Shown: piece by piece, positions 9,681 to 18,060 of the stretch
Position numbering within the stretch: position 1 is the stretch's first letter
Layout: the number at the start of each line of letters is the position of its first letter
Source of the DNA: Methanocellales archaeon
GTDB lineage: Archaea; Halobacteriota; JAWCLZ01
Direction of reading: 5' to 3'
Length of the DNA: 21,491 bases
NCBI GenBank assembly: GCA_038850285.1
Contig: JAWCMA010000014.1
Span: 5,863 to 27,353, forward strand
The notes under the pieces: generated by a model
Told to the model about the DNA's origin: nothing
The model's input: the letters and a program-made list of their open reading frames with translations, nothing else
The model's database searches: none
Made by a program: the position numbers and the translations under genes

Positions 9681-9695
9681 TTTTTAAACTTTTTT
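9681..9695 (-). promoter_or_regulatory. Putative BRE/TATA promoter of the ATP synthase operon
   Basis: Minus strand reads AAAAAAG-TTTAAAAA about 30 nt upstream of the atpH ATG. Confidence 0.4.
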
Positions 9696-9739
9696 ATTTT
9701 TTATTTTCATCATTATCGATCGCAATAAATTTTTTCTCC

Positions 9740-10858
9740 CTAAAATTTTCTTCCTCTCACTCTAGCGATATCGAAGACCGCTGTTTTTGCAACGTGCATG
9801 ACTGCAAAAGTGCCTGCTTGAATTGGATCGCTCACCACTAAATCAGAATACTCCGGCACGCTACCTGCCATATTTAATGAAATCACTGGAATTCCTTGGG
9901 CTCGAAGTTTCTTAACTTCTTCAGTTATTCGACCGCCCATTAGCGAGCCCGCGAGCACAAGTACTTCTGCTCTATGCAATCTTGAAACTGCTTCAACTGC
10001 TTCAGCTAAATTTGCCTCGCCAACCACTGGCATGGTATCAACGCTTATTCTCTCCCCGCGGATGTTATGTCTATCCGCTTCATTAATTGCCCCCATGGCT
10101 ACTTGTGCTACTTGCGCGCCTCCTCCGATTATTATAACTCTTTTTCCATAGATCTTCTCCAGGGGAGCGTGGGTATCAACCTTTACCACTGAATGCAGTC
10201 TTTGAATAGCCTTAATGAGCAAATCTATATCGCTAATTCCCTCTACTTCCATGTAAAGCGAGGCTTTGCCTTCATACTGCCCTCGTTCTAGGAGGAATAG
10301 CTGTGTATAGGTAATATTGCCATCATATTTAGCTATTAAACCTGAAATGTCTCTCAATACTCCAGTGCGGTTTTCGCAAATTATGCTAATTGCAGAAACC
10401 CCTGCGGTACGCGCTAGGCTTCTTGCGAAGAGTAAATCATAGTCATTGATGTAGCTATCTACATAAAGCACTTTATCGCTTCTCTCAACTCGCAACTCCA
10501 AGCCATCGCGTCCTTCGAAGACATCTAAATTCCAACCGTTTTCGTGAGGCTCGACTTCCTCTAAAATATCATTTAGAAGCGAAGCAGGCATCACGATTAC
10601 ATTCTCTGCTTTCTCGCAGATTAAAAGAGCATACTTCATTGTTTGAGTGGTGAGAAAGGTGAAGGGCACTGAAAAAACATAGTGGTTATCAGCATTTCTC
10701 TTGGAATAGCGCACCATTATTAAATACTGTCCATCCACCTTGTAAATATGCTGAGTTGAGCCAAGAGGATATTCCTTAACATTAACGTGTTCCCTTAAAT
10801 GATTTAAAACCGCTTGCATAGCTTGTTTCATTTCTGGAGATTTATATCTATATGCCAT
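9740..10858 (-). CDS. ACT + DUF5612 (EhbQ-like) protein with an extra ~145-aa N-terminal domain
   Basis: ACT motif [21 protein letters not shown] and family signature [40 protein letters not shown] at 10858 follows a GGAG RBS and the upstream stop. Confidence 0.85.
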   Translation of the reverse strand: MAYRYKSPEMKQAMQAVLNHLREHVNVKEYPLGSTQHIYKVDGQYLIMVRYSKRNADNHYVFSVPFTFLTTQTMKYALLICEKAENVIVMPASLLNDILEEVEPHENGWNLDVFEGRDGLELRVERSDKVLYVDSYINDYDLLFARSLARTAGVSAISIICENRTGVLRDISGLIAKYDGNITYTQLFLLERGQYEGKASLYMEVEGISDIDLLIKAIQRLHSVVKVDTHAPLEKIYGKRVIIIGGGAQVAQVAMGAINEADRHNIRGERISVDTMPVVGEANLAEAVEAVSRLHRAEVLVLAGSLMGGRITEEVKKLRAQGIPVISLNMAGSVPEYSDLVVSDPIQAGTFAVMHVAKTAVFDIARVRGRKF

Positions 10859-10859
10859 T

Positions 10860-11105
10860 TTAGCTCCTGCCTCTAAATCTTGCACTGGGAAGGGTTTTAG
10901 TTTGCTTCACTCCATCGATTCTTCTAACCAAGTTGAAGATAACCTCGCTCAGCTTCTCGCTATCTGGAGCAACCACTTTAGCGATTAAATCATATTCGCC
11001 AAATAAGGGATACACCTCTGCAATTTCATCGCTATTGATCAAGGAATTATAAACCTTTTTCTCCTTACCTGGCTCTACATTTATCAATACAAAGCCAATC
11101 TCCAT
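10860..11105 (-). CDS. Stand-alone Lrp/AsnC ligand-binding (RAM) domain protein
   Basis: [12 protein letters not shown]...[11 protein letters not shown]...[10 protein letters not shown]; 81 aa with no HTH; GGTGG RBS. Confidence 0.9.
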   Translation of the reverse strand: MEIGFVLINVEPGKEKKVYNSLINSDEIAEVYPLFGEYDLIAKVVAPDSEKLSEVIFNLVRRIDGVKQTKTLPSARFRGRS

Positions 11106-11157
11106 TTAACCACCAACTTATATTTTATTTTTATTTTTTAACTATTAATTATATAGA

Positions 11158-12180
11158 TCATAGAGATTTAAGGCCTTCGAACATCTTAAGGGGATCAAAG
11201 ACCCCCTTCTCAGTTATCACCGCGGTTATATTTTCAAGAGGGGTAATATCAAAAGCGGGATTATAGACCTCTATATTTAGTGGGGCAATTTGATATTTTC
11301 CAAAAAACTTCAATTCCCTTGCATTGCGCTCCTCTATTAAAACCTCGCTTGCAGATTTATAGAAATCAAAACTCGAAAGGGGTGCTGCAATATAAAATGG
11401 AATACCATGCTCCTTTGCAAGCACTGAGAGGGAATAGGTTCCAATTTTATTGAAAACTCCATCTTTAACAATTCTATCCGCGCCCACTATTACTTTATCA
11501 ATCAAGCCTTGCTTCATTGCAAAGCCAGCTGTGCTATCAGCAATTAATTTAACTGGAATTCCATCCATCACAAGCTCCCAAGCAGTTAATCTACTGCCTT
11601 GATTCAAAGGCCGAGTTTCACAAGCGATTACCCTTATTTTTTTACCAGATTGAATAGCACTTCTAACAACCCCAAGTGCAGTGCCCCAGTCAACGCAAGC
11701 TAGTCTCCCTGCATTGCAGTAGGTTAAGATGGTATCGCCATCTTTCAAGAGCTCTGCGCCATGCTTGCCAATTAACTTATTTATCTCAACATCCTCCTCA
11801 GCTATTTTCCTAGCCTCCTCAAGCGCTGTTCTTTTAATTTCCTCAATAGAGTTTAGCTTCTCCAGTTTTTTAAGCAAGCGCTCTATAGCCCAGCTTAGAT
11901 TAACAGCCGTTGGCCTAGTTGCCTTTAAAGTAATAGCAGCTTTCTCAATCGCAAGCTTCAAAGCACGTGCTGATCTAGCTTTACTCCTGCAAGCTGCTAA
12001 TGCTATTCCATAAGCACCAACTGCACCTAAAGCTGGTGCCCCGCGTATTCTCATATTTACAATTGCTTCTCTAAGAGCTGGAATTGAAGAGCATTTCTTA
12101 ACTATAAATCTCCTGGGGAGAGCGGCTTGATCGATATAAAATATGCAATTATCCTCATTGCTCCATTCAATAGTGCGCAT
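11158..12180 (-). CDS. mtnA: S-methyl-5-thioribose-1-phosphate isomerase (eIF-2B alpha-like family)
   Basis: IRGAPALG, TRPTAVNL, TYCNAGRLA, ETRPLNQGSRLTAWEL, VGADRI, NKIGTY and NPAFDITP. Confidence 0.92.
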   Translation of the reverse strand: MRTIEWSNEDNCIFYIDQAALPRRFIVKKCSSIPALREAIVNMRIRGAPALGAVGAYGIALAACRSKARSARALKLAIEKAAITLKATRPTAVNLSWAIERLLKKLEKLNSIEEIKRTALEEARKIAEEDVEINKLIGKHGAELLKDGDTILTYCNAGRLACVDWGTALGVVRSAIQSGKKIRVIACETRPLNQGSRLTAWELVMDGIPVKLIADSTAGFAMKQGLIDKVIVGADRIVKDGVFNKIGTYSLSVLAKEHGIPFYIAAPLSSFDFYKSASEVLIEERNARELKFFGKYQIAPLNIEVYNPAFDITPLENITAVITEKGVFDPLKMFEGLKSL

Positions 12181-12282
12181 GCATCACTTCTACATCACTT
12201 CTTTGCTTTACTTAGATGAAAAACCTTTCTTTTAACAAAAAATTTATTAGCGCAGAGAGCATGAAAACCTCTAGGGGTAATT

Positions 12283-12510
12283 ATGAGTGTGAAGGATAAC
12301 TTAATAGTTGGAGGTATAATCATTGGCTTTTTAATAGTTGTGGGGGTGATTTTCTATCTAGCCTATCTCCTTGGTCACTGGCTATTTAGCTTAATTGGAA
12401 TAGCTTTAACTTGGTTTATAATTGGACCTTTGATTGAATTCATAGTAGGCTTGGTGATAATAGGTGTTATAGCCATTGCTCTCCTCTTCCTAGTTGTGGA
12501 ACTCCTTTAG
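12283..12510 (+). CDS. Small hydrophobic membrane protein (75 aa)
   Basis: Almost entirely hydrophobic; GGGGT RBS-like sequence upstream; divergent from mtnA. Confidence 0.65.
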   Translation: MSVKDNLIVGGIIIGFLIVVGVIFYLAYLLGHWLFSLIGIALTWFIIGPLIEFIVGLVIIGVIAIALLFLVVELL

Positions 12511-12574
12511 CTTTTAGCTTTTAGCTTAGCAACTATTTTATATCTCAAATTTAAATATTCAATGGGAATTAAGA

Positions 12575-13660
12575 TTGAGCACTATTATAATCTGCATCGA
12601 TCGAGATGATGACATTGGGGTTAAAGCAGGCATAAAAAGCCCTATTATAGGCCGCGAGGCCAATCTCAATGCAGCTATTAAACTTGCATTGCTTGATCCC
12701 GAGGAATCTGATATTAATACTATTTTTGGCGGGCTTCAGATTTACGATGAACTTAAGTCAAAGGGCGAAGAGGTTGAAATAGTTTCATTGACAGGTAATC
12801 CAAGTGTTGGAGTTAAATCAGACCGCATAATTGCTGAGCAGCTAGATAACATTCTCAAGCAATTTAACTTTGAAAAAACAATTGTAGTATCAGATGGTAT
12901 TGAAGATGAACTTGTACTGCCTTTGATTGAATCAAGGGTTAAAGTGGATTCAGTTAGGCGCGTGATCGTGAAGCAAGCTCAGAATTTAGAGAGCACTTAT
13001 TATATCCTTAAAGAGCTATTTAGCAATCCCAAGGTCACTAGGACTTTTTTCATACCACTTGGATTAGCTCTATTGATCTATGCTCTTTCAATTTATCTAG
13101 GCTATCCTCATGTTGCTTTAATCACAATTCTAGCATTCATCGGCTTATATTTACTTTATCGAGGCGTTGGACTAGATGATTTATTAACCAACTTCTATCG
13201 CAGTCTAACTAATTCATTCATTGGTGGCAAAATTACCTTTGTTACATATATAGCTGCGATTATTTTCACCATTACAGCTTCAATACAGGGTTTAATTGAG
13301 TTCTGGAAATATTACATCAATCCAGTGCCAGTTGGTGCGATAAATCTTGCCATGATTTTCATAAAGGCCTCGATATGGTGGTATGTAGCAGCTGGGGAAT
13401 TCATAGCTCTAGGTTGGATTGTGGATAATTACTTTGAAAAAATGCGAGGAATGCATAGATATATCTCAACACCTTTTTTGATCTTCGCCACAGGTTTACT
13501 CCTCTGGGGCGCGAGCGTATATATATTATCTGGCATATATGAAGCTGGATCAGCCGCTTTTCAGCAATTTGCATTAAATATCCTTGGCTCGGTGGCAATA
13601 GCTACCATTGGTGTTGCAATCTCTGCCTATAAGCGAAGAGCTGAGAAGTTAAACTTATGA
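12575..13660 (+). CDS. DUF373 family membrane protein
   Basis: IICIDRDDDIG.KAGI.SPIIGRE, DPEESD.N and VSDG.EDE motifs, then several TM helices; TTG start. Confidence 0.9.
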   Translation: MSTIIICIDRDDDIGVKAGIKSPIIGREANLNAAIKLALLDPEESDINTIFGGLQIYDELKSKGEEVEIVSLTGNPSVGVKSDRIIAEQLDNILKQFNFEKTIVVSDGIEDELVLPLIESRVKVDSVRRVIVKQAQNLESTYYILKELFSNPKVTRTFFIPLGLALLIYALSIYLGYPHVALITILAFIGLYLLYRGVGLDDLLTNFYRSLTNSFIGGKITFVTYIAAIIFTITASIQGLIEFWKYYINPVPVGAINLAMIFIKASIWWYVAAGEFIALGWIVDNYFEKMRGMHRYISTPFLIFATGLLLWGASVYILSGIYEAGSAAFQQFALNILGSVAIATIGVAISAYKRRAEKLNL

Positions 13661-14088
13661 AAGCTCCCCATGGAAGGCGTGACTATGAAAGGCTATGCAG
13701 ATCCCCTGTAAATCTCCTAGCTAGTGATATCCTTCGCTTAGCAAATTTTTTTGGTATGAAGCAATTAGAGGTTATTGCTACATTCTGCAGGTTAGTTAGC
13801 ATCGATGACTATGTGGAGAGATTGAGGCACATTGGTGTAAATTTGCCGAGCAGCGACCTAAAAATCTACACCATACAGATTAAGGCTAGGAGATATTGTA
13901 TTTTCTATAGTGGAGAGAGCTGCATACTTCCTTTAAAAGTGAGGCCAAAGCAGTGCATAGTGATGACTGAAGCTGAGAAGAGAGCTTTTGAAGCTGAGAA
14001 ACACGCTTTCTATTTAGAGCTAGCGGAGTTAATACCAAGTGCTGGTAGCGTGGAAAAAGCATTGGAACTCTACTTAAAGCAGCATTGA
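13657..14088 (+). CDS. Hypothetical protein, degenerate YkgJ-like cysteine cluster
   Basis: ATGA overlap with the DUF373 stop; L..SDI.RL and CIF....CI....RP.QC motifs. The N-terminal CxxC..CC is largely absent. Confidence 0.55.
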   Translation: MKAPHGRRDYERLCRSPVNLLASDILRLANFFGMKQLEVIATFCRLVSIDDYVERLRHIGVNLPSSDLKIYTIQIKARRYCIFYSGESCILPLKVRPKQCIVMTEAEKRAFEAEKHAFYLELAELIPSAGSVEKALELYLKQH

Positions 14089-14433
14089 GTAATTTCGATG
14101 AGAAGAAATTCTTGAGCTAGTTTGAATAATTAAGGTCTAGAAGTCTTCTCGCCTGCATCTCATTTGCAAATTGGATAATTTTTTTAGAGGCATAAGAGCA
14201 ATTGTCCACATGGAGATGATATAGAGAATTCCAGTGCACGAGAGCATGATTTTAAACAGTCTTCAATCTCAGAAGTTTACTCATTACTCACCCGCTCCAT
14301 AGACTGCCTCATTCTTTCAACACCCATAAACCAATGCAATGCTCTAATTTAATAACGGGATATGGGATATGGGAGAATTATTCCAAAAGATCGGATGAAG
14401 AAATAGTTTACGGTGCATTATATCTCTAGTACC

Positions 14434-14859
14434 TCACTCCTCCTTAATTCTCCAGCCTGTGCCAGTTGGAGTTACAATACCTCTCTCCCGCCATTTGGAA
14501 AAAACCTTCTTCATTTCTGCGAAAGCACCTCGATCGAATATCACAACCCCATGGTCCAACACTTCTAAGAGGAGCACGTGAAACTCTTCAAACATCCTCC
14601 TCCACTCAGAGAAGCTATATGGAAATGGCTCAATCTCACTCTTGGTTAATAAAGAGAACTCAAGAATTCTATCCATCAAGCGCTTTCCATCATCAACTCT
14701 AAGCCCAATGAAGACATCATAATCGCTCCCCCTAGACCATTGACCCTTAGCTCTCGAGCCAAAAATCACAATAAACTCTATTTCATCCCCTCGAATTTCC
14801 ATCACACGCTGAATGAATTCTTTCAAAGGACTCTCAAGTTCCAACAATGGCTTGTACAA
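14434..14859 (-). CDS. Minimal nucleotidyltransferase (MNT) antitoxin
   Basis: IFGSRAKG.....SDYDV catalytic motif; overlaps the upstream HEPN gene. Confidence 0.9.
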   Translation of the reverse strand: MYKPLLELESPLKEFIQRVMEIRGDEIEFIVIFGSRAKGQWSRGSDYDVFIGLRVDDGKRLMDRILEFSLLTKSEIEPFPYSFSEWRRMFEEFHVLLLEVLDHGVVIFDRGAFAEMKKVFSKWRERGIVTPTGTGWRIKEE

Positions 14860-15226
14860 ATTCTAACACTCCCTTTGCATCCTCCAATGCCTGATGAGCA
14901 TCAGCTTCAAAGAACTGATCCACAGGTGCTCCGCGATCAAAAGCATTCGGATAGCGTGTTGGGATATAATAGCGATTAAGCCGTGAAGCCGCGAGGCGAA
15001 TTGCATCCGGTATAGAAGCACGTGCTTCTAATGCTTGAATTAACAAATTCAAGTTATGCCCAAATTGAGGCTCTCGAAAATACTCCCCTAAAGCCTTTAA
15101 GGCCTTCTCAGCTGCTTGCTGACAGGTAAAGCAACACCAAGACCAATGTTTATGGGCAAATAAATCCTGCGCAGCTCTAAATTCACCCTCTGCTTCCCTA
15201 AGCCAATCCTGCACTCGTCTTACCAT
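14834..15226 (-). CDS. HEPN domain protein (HEPN/MNT pair)
   Basis: DWLREAE, CFTCQQAAEKALKA, GHNL and LNRYYIPTRYPN. Start ATG 15226 or TTG 15235. Confidence 0.9.
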   Translation of the reverse strand: MVRRVQDWLREAEGEFRAAQDLFAHKHWSWCCFTCQQAAEKALKALGEYFREPQFGHNLNLLIQALEARASIPDAIRLAASRLNRYYIPTRYPNAFDRGAPVDQFFEADAHQALEDAKGVLEFVQAIVGT

Positions 15227-15256
15227 TTTTCGCAATAACTCCAGTAGCTTTTTAAA

Positions 15257-15290
15257 TTAATATTCTTCCATTCTATATTTAATATTCTTC
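15257..15290. repeat. 12-bp direct repeat TTAATATTCTTC x2, 22-bp period
   Basis: Copies at 15257-15268 and 15279-15290, adjacent to a TATA-like TTTAAAAA upstream of HEPN. Confidence 0.7.
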
Positions 15291-15396
15291 ATTCAGAGAA
15301 GATTGGGATAGGCTGCATTTTGCATTTCCATTAACTGGTTTAGTATTCCTTTTTTTATGCCTCTTGACCAATGCCATTAATGATGCAAGATTTCTT

Positions 15397-15779
15397 TTAA
15401 GTCGCTTGCGAAATATCCTTCTTCTTTAACTTTAAGTCTCTCCTTACTTCAATTTTTTTCGCAATGATGCCATATCTCCTTCCACCTATTGGTAATACTC
15501 TGGACTTCTTTATCAACGGCAATATTATTGATCTCGCCTCTGCATAAGAAAGCTCCTTCCATTTGATCTCAAAGACCCCTTCATCAAGCAGAGGAATAAA
15601 CAATAAGAGTGATCTCCTCGCCATACCACCACTTACCAACACATCTGCCTTAATTAAATTAATCACCCTCCTATCCCCTCAGCCATATATTTCTTTGCAA
15701 TCCCTTGAAATACCTCGCCAATATATACAATTGAAATCCCCTCTAATATTACTATAGAGCAGCCATAGCATGCGATTTC
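15397..15779 (-). pseudogene. Decayed gene fragment, possibly a class I SAM methyltransferase
   Basis: Two frames: EIACYGCS...IAKKYMAEGIGG* then VINLIKADV...SRVLPIGGR. Weak resemblance to the GxG, RV.+..D and RVLKPGG motifs. Confidence 0.3.
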
Positions 15780-15828
15780 TTAGACTTTACCAGAACAGAA
15801 GTTTCTCTAAATATTAATTCCATGGTCA

Positions 15829-15909
15829 CGAGCCGTAAAATCTTCGTTGGAAATGTGCAGTATTCGAGGCATAGCTCGAGCTATTGGTGTCAAGCGACGC
15901 AGCATCTGA
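15829..15909 (+). mobile_element. Transposase HTH remnant (IS1-family-like)
   Basis: Manual translation RAVKSSLEMCSIRGIARAIGVKRRSI* resembles the SIR.I.R..GV...T+ helix-turn-helix; no start codon. Confidence 0.45.
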
Positions 15910-15976
15910 TCAAGGAGAAACTTCAACCTCAACCTGACAGTTTGACCTTGACTTGATGGCCTAACCTAGCCTTTAC

Positions 15977-16449
15977 ACTCGGTTCCTCGACGAGTTCAAA
16001 GGCAGAAATAAGCTTATAGGTGCAACCAACCATCGCGATCAGCTTCTCATAGCCTTTCTTCGCCTTCTCACTCCGACAGTCATTCTCCCAATTCTGCTTC
16101 ATAGACGTGGAGAGACCAGTTCCATCTGGAGCAAAAACGTGCTCTTTATCTCGAACTGGTTCCTGAGTAAGCCGAAAGATCTCTCGCAAGATCAACGTCA
16201 CAAGCGGATCTTCATAGGCTCGCTCAATGGTTTTGTAGGAAAAGCTTTGTTTTATTCGCATCTTTTCCTGGAATAACAAGACCAATCCTTCCGCAACTCG
16301 ATTGGCTACGCAGAAGTATTGCTGCATCAACACTGCCTTTGCCAGCTCACCTGGGTTAGTTGGAGGTCTACCGGGTTCAGGTTTTTTCAACAGCTCTTCT
16401 ATGCCTAGTCTCTGGTACGCTTCCTCTACGAGTCTCGTATGAGGAGTAG
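15977..16449 (-). mobile_element. DDE transposase pseudogene, N-terminal half (inverted segment)
   Basis: RLVEEAY...GRPP...QQYF...SYKTIERAY...APDGTG (first catalytic Asp)...AFELVEEPS. Confidence 0.8.
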
Positions 16450-16901
16450 GATAATGAATCTCCCTATTTTGAGCTACTTTTAGTTGAGACAGCTAGTCGT
16501 TATACGCGTATAGATTTGGTTCCGGCGAATGCTGCTTATATTTCTAGGCATAATTGTGATCTCATTGCAAGTGTTGGAGCCATTCCACGGATCTATCCTA
16601 AGAGGGGTATTACTTTGAAGAAGAAGGGAAGCAAGGCGTGGACTGAGATGCTCCTCAGTTTTATTGAGGATCCGCAAGAGTGGCTACGCGAGTATCATCC
16701 TCGTTCCATACCTGAAAGTTCCTTCTCAGTTTTTAAGCGAGATTATCCCATTCCACTGCGCAGGCGAATTTAAGCTACGCAGAAAGCAAGAAGCATTCAC
16801 CAGAGTATGCAACTACAACCTCAAACGCCTATGCTACCTAAAATACCTAGAAGGAATAACCCCAGCAAACACATGGAACACATGAATTATGTCCCAAAGT
16901 C
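16450..16901 (+). mobile_element. DDE transposase pseudogene, C-terminal half plus probable right end (IS4/IS5-like)
   Basis: DNESPYFE...PANAAYISRHNC...YHPRSIPESSFSVFKR; +1 frameshift at ~16770; YNLKRL; stop at 16885, then TATGTCCCAAAGTC as a possible terminal repeat. Confidence 0.8.
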
Positions 16902-16969
16902 CAATCTAACATAACATTTAAATACAATATAGCCATAATGATGAACTAGTTAAAGGGAGGCTCAGGGGG

Positions 16970-17116
16970 ATGGCTCCTGAAGTTCTTTCACAATCATTGG
17001 ATAGTTTCATCAAGAGAAAATGTGCAAGATGCGGTGGAGAACTCAAAATTCAACGCATAGGAATCAATGTATTCCACCGCTGCACTCGATGCAAAGCATT
17101 GACCACAATTTTATAA
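16970..17116 (+). CDS. 48-aa zinc-ribbon microprotein (not in ORF track)
   Basis: MAPEVLSQSLDSFIKRKCARCGGELKIQRIGINVFHRCTRCKALTTIL*; CxxC-16-CxxC; GGAGG and AGGGGG upstream; TTTAAATA at 16917-16924. Confidence 0.7.
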   Translation: MAPEVLSQSLDSFIKRKCARCGGELKIQRIGINVFHRCTRCKALTTIL

Positions 17117-17133
17117 ATTTATAAATTTATAAA
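17110..17133. repeat. Tandem palindromic TTTATAAA x3
   Basis: Perfect copies at 17110, 17118 and 17126. Confidence 0.85.
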
Positions 17134-17292
17134 TAACGAGCTTCCTCTACCTCGATATCACTTTTTATCACTTGCTCCATATATTCACTCAAGCACTTGT
17201 ATTGAAATTGCAACCCGAAGCACACTAACCGAAAATTTTTTCAGCATGAAGTTTAAATAAAATTCCAATTTAATTATTTTTGAGGTATCGCT

Positions 17293-17562
17293 ATGGCTAT
17301 AGATCCAGAAGCTGTAATCAAGCAATGTGTTGAAGTGCTGGGAAGAATAATTGAAGATGATTCCGTGCCTAGGAATATTCGCCGGGGAGCTGATGAAGTT
17401 AAAAACAAGCTGCTATATGGAAAGGAGAAATATGCAATCAGAGCAGCGTATGCAATTTCCATTCTAGATGAAATAGGCAATGATCCCAATATTCCAATAC
17501 ACGCGCGAACATTAATTTGGAATGTTGCAAGCCAACTTGAAACAATATCAGTGGATATTTAA
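17293..17562 (+). CDS. UPF0147 family protein
   Basis: IIEDDSVPRNIRR.A and LDEIGNDPNIPIHARTLIW; GAGGT RBS. Confidence 0.93.
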   Translation: MAIDPEAVIKQCVEVLGRIIEDDSVPRNIRRGADEVKNKLLYGKEKYAIRAAYAISILDEIGNDPNIPIHARTLIWNVASQLETISVDI

Positions 17563-18056
17563 GCAATGGTTCTCTCAAGCTGGGAGATTCGCTCCTTAAT
17601 TCCCTCTACAATTTTAGCACTATCTTGAAATACAAGTTTTCCCCCGCAACTCGGGCATATGAAGTTATACTTCGCAGCAGCATCAAATGAATATCTACCA
17701 CAGCGACTGCAGAGATAAAAAATATTGGATTCCTCAAATTCTAGATAGCGCTTGAGATTTCGAAGAAGTTTTCTCATTTCATCCTCTAAAACAAAATCTA
17801 TATTTGAAATATCCAAAGTCCAGAAATAAGTCAGCCAACCACTTTCTTTATCCCTCACCCTGCGATATTTAGCAAGGTGGTTTTCATAGAGAATATAAAG
17901 AGTTCTTCTAACCACATTCAAACTCACACCTGTGATCTCTGCAATCTTTTCATCCGTAACCTCATCCCGAGGCATTTTTTCAACCACCATGAGTCCTTCA
18001 TCTCCCACTAGTTGCTTAATGTAAGCACGAATAACAGGATCTTTAATTGAAGTCAA
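17559..18056 (-). CDS. tfe: Transcription factor E (TFE alpha)
   Basis: Winged helix TDEKIAE...VRRTLY.LYE..LA.YRR.RD.ESGWLTY.W, then zinc ribbon (CSRC / FICPSCG); TTG start with GGTGA RBS. Confidence 0.95.
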   Translation of the reverse strand: MTSIKDPVIRAYIKQLVGDEGLMVVEKMPRDEVTDEKIAEITGVSLNVVRRTLYILYENHLAKYRRVRDKESGWLTYFWTLDISNIDFVLEDEMRKLLRNLKRYLEFEESNIFYLCSRCGRYSFDAAAKYNFICPSCGGKLVFQDSAKIVEGIKERISQLERTIA

Positions 18057-18060
18057 ACTC

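Noticed and set aside
10859-10885. ORF-track start at 10885
   Set aside because: It overlaps the RAM gene; ATG 10858 has an RBS and follows that gene's stop.
14089-14433. Gene or ncRNA in the 345-nt spacer
   Set aside because: I found only short ORFs without recognisable motifs and no convincing stems.
15783-15796. GACTTTACCAGAAC as the left terminal repeat of the DDE element
   Set aside because: The contiguous match to the expected GACTTTGGGACATA is only 6 nt, and there is no clear target duplication.
15977-16449. Phase-variable invertible switch
   Set aside because: No flanking inverted repeats or recombinase, and the restored gene would still be frameshifted and catalytically mutated.
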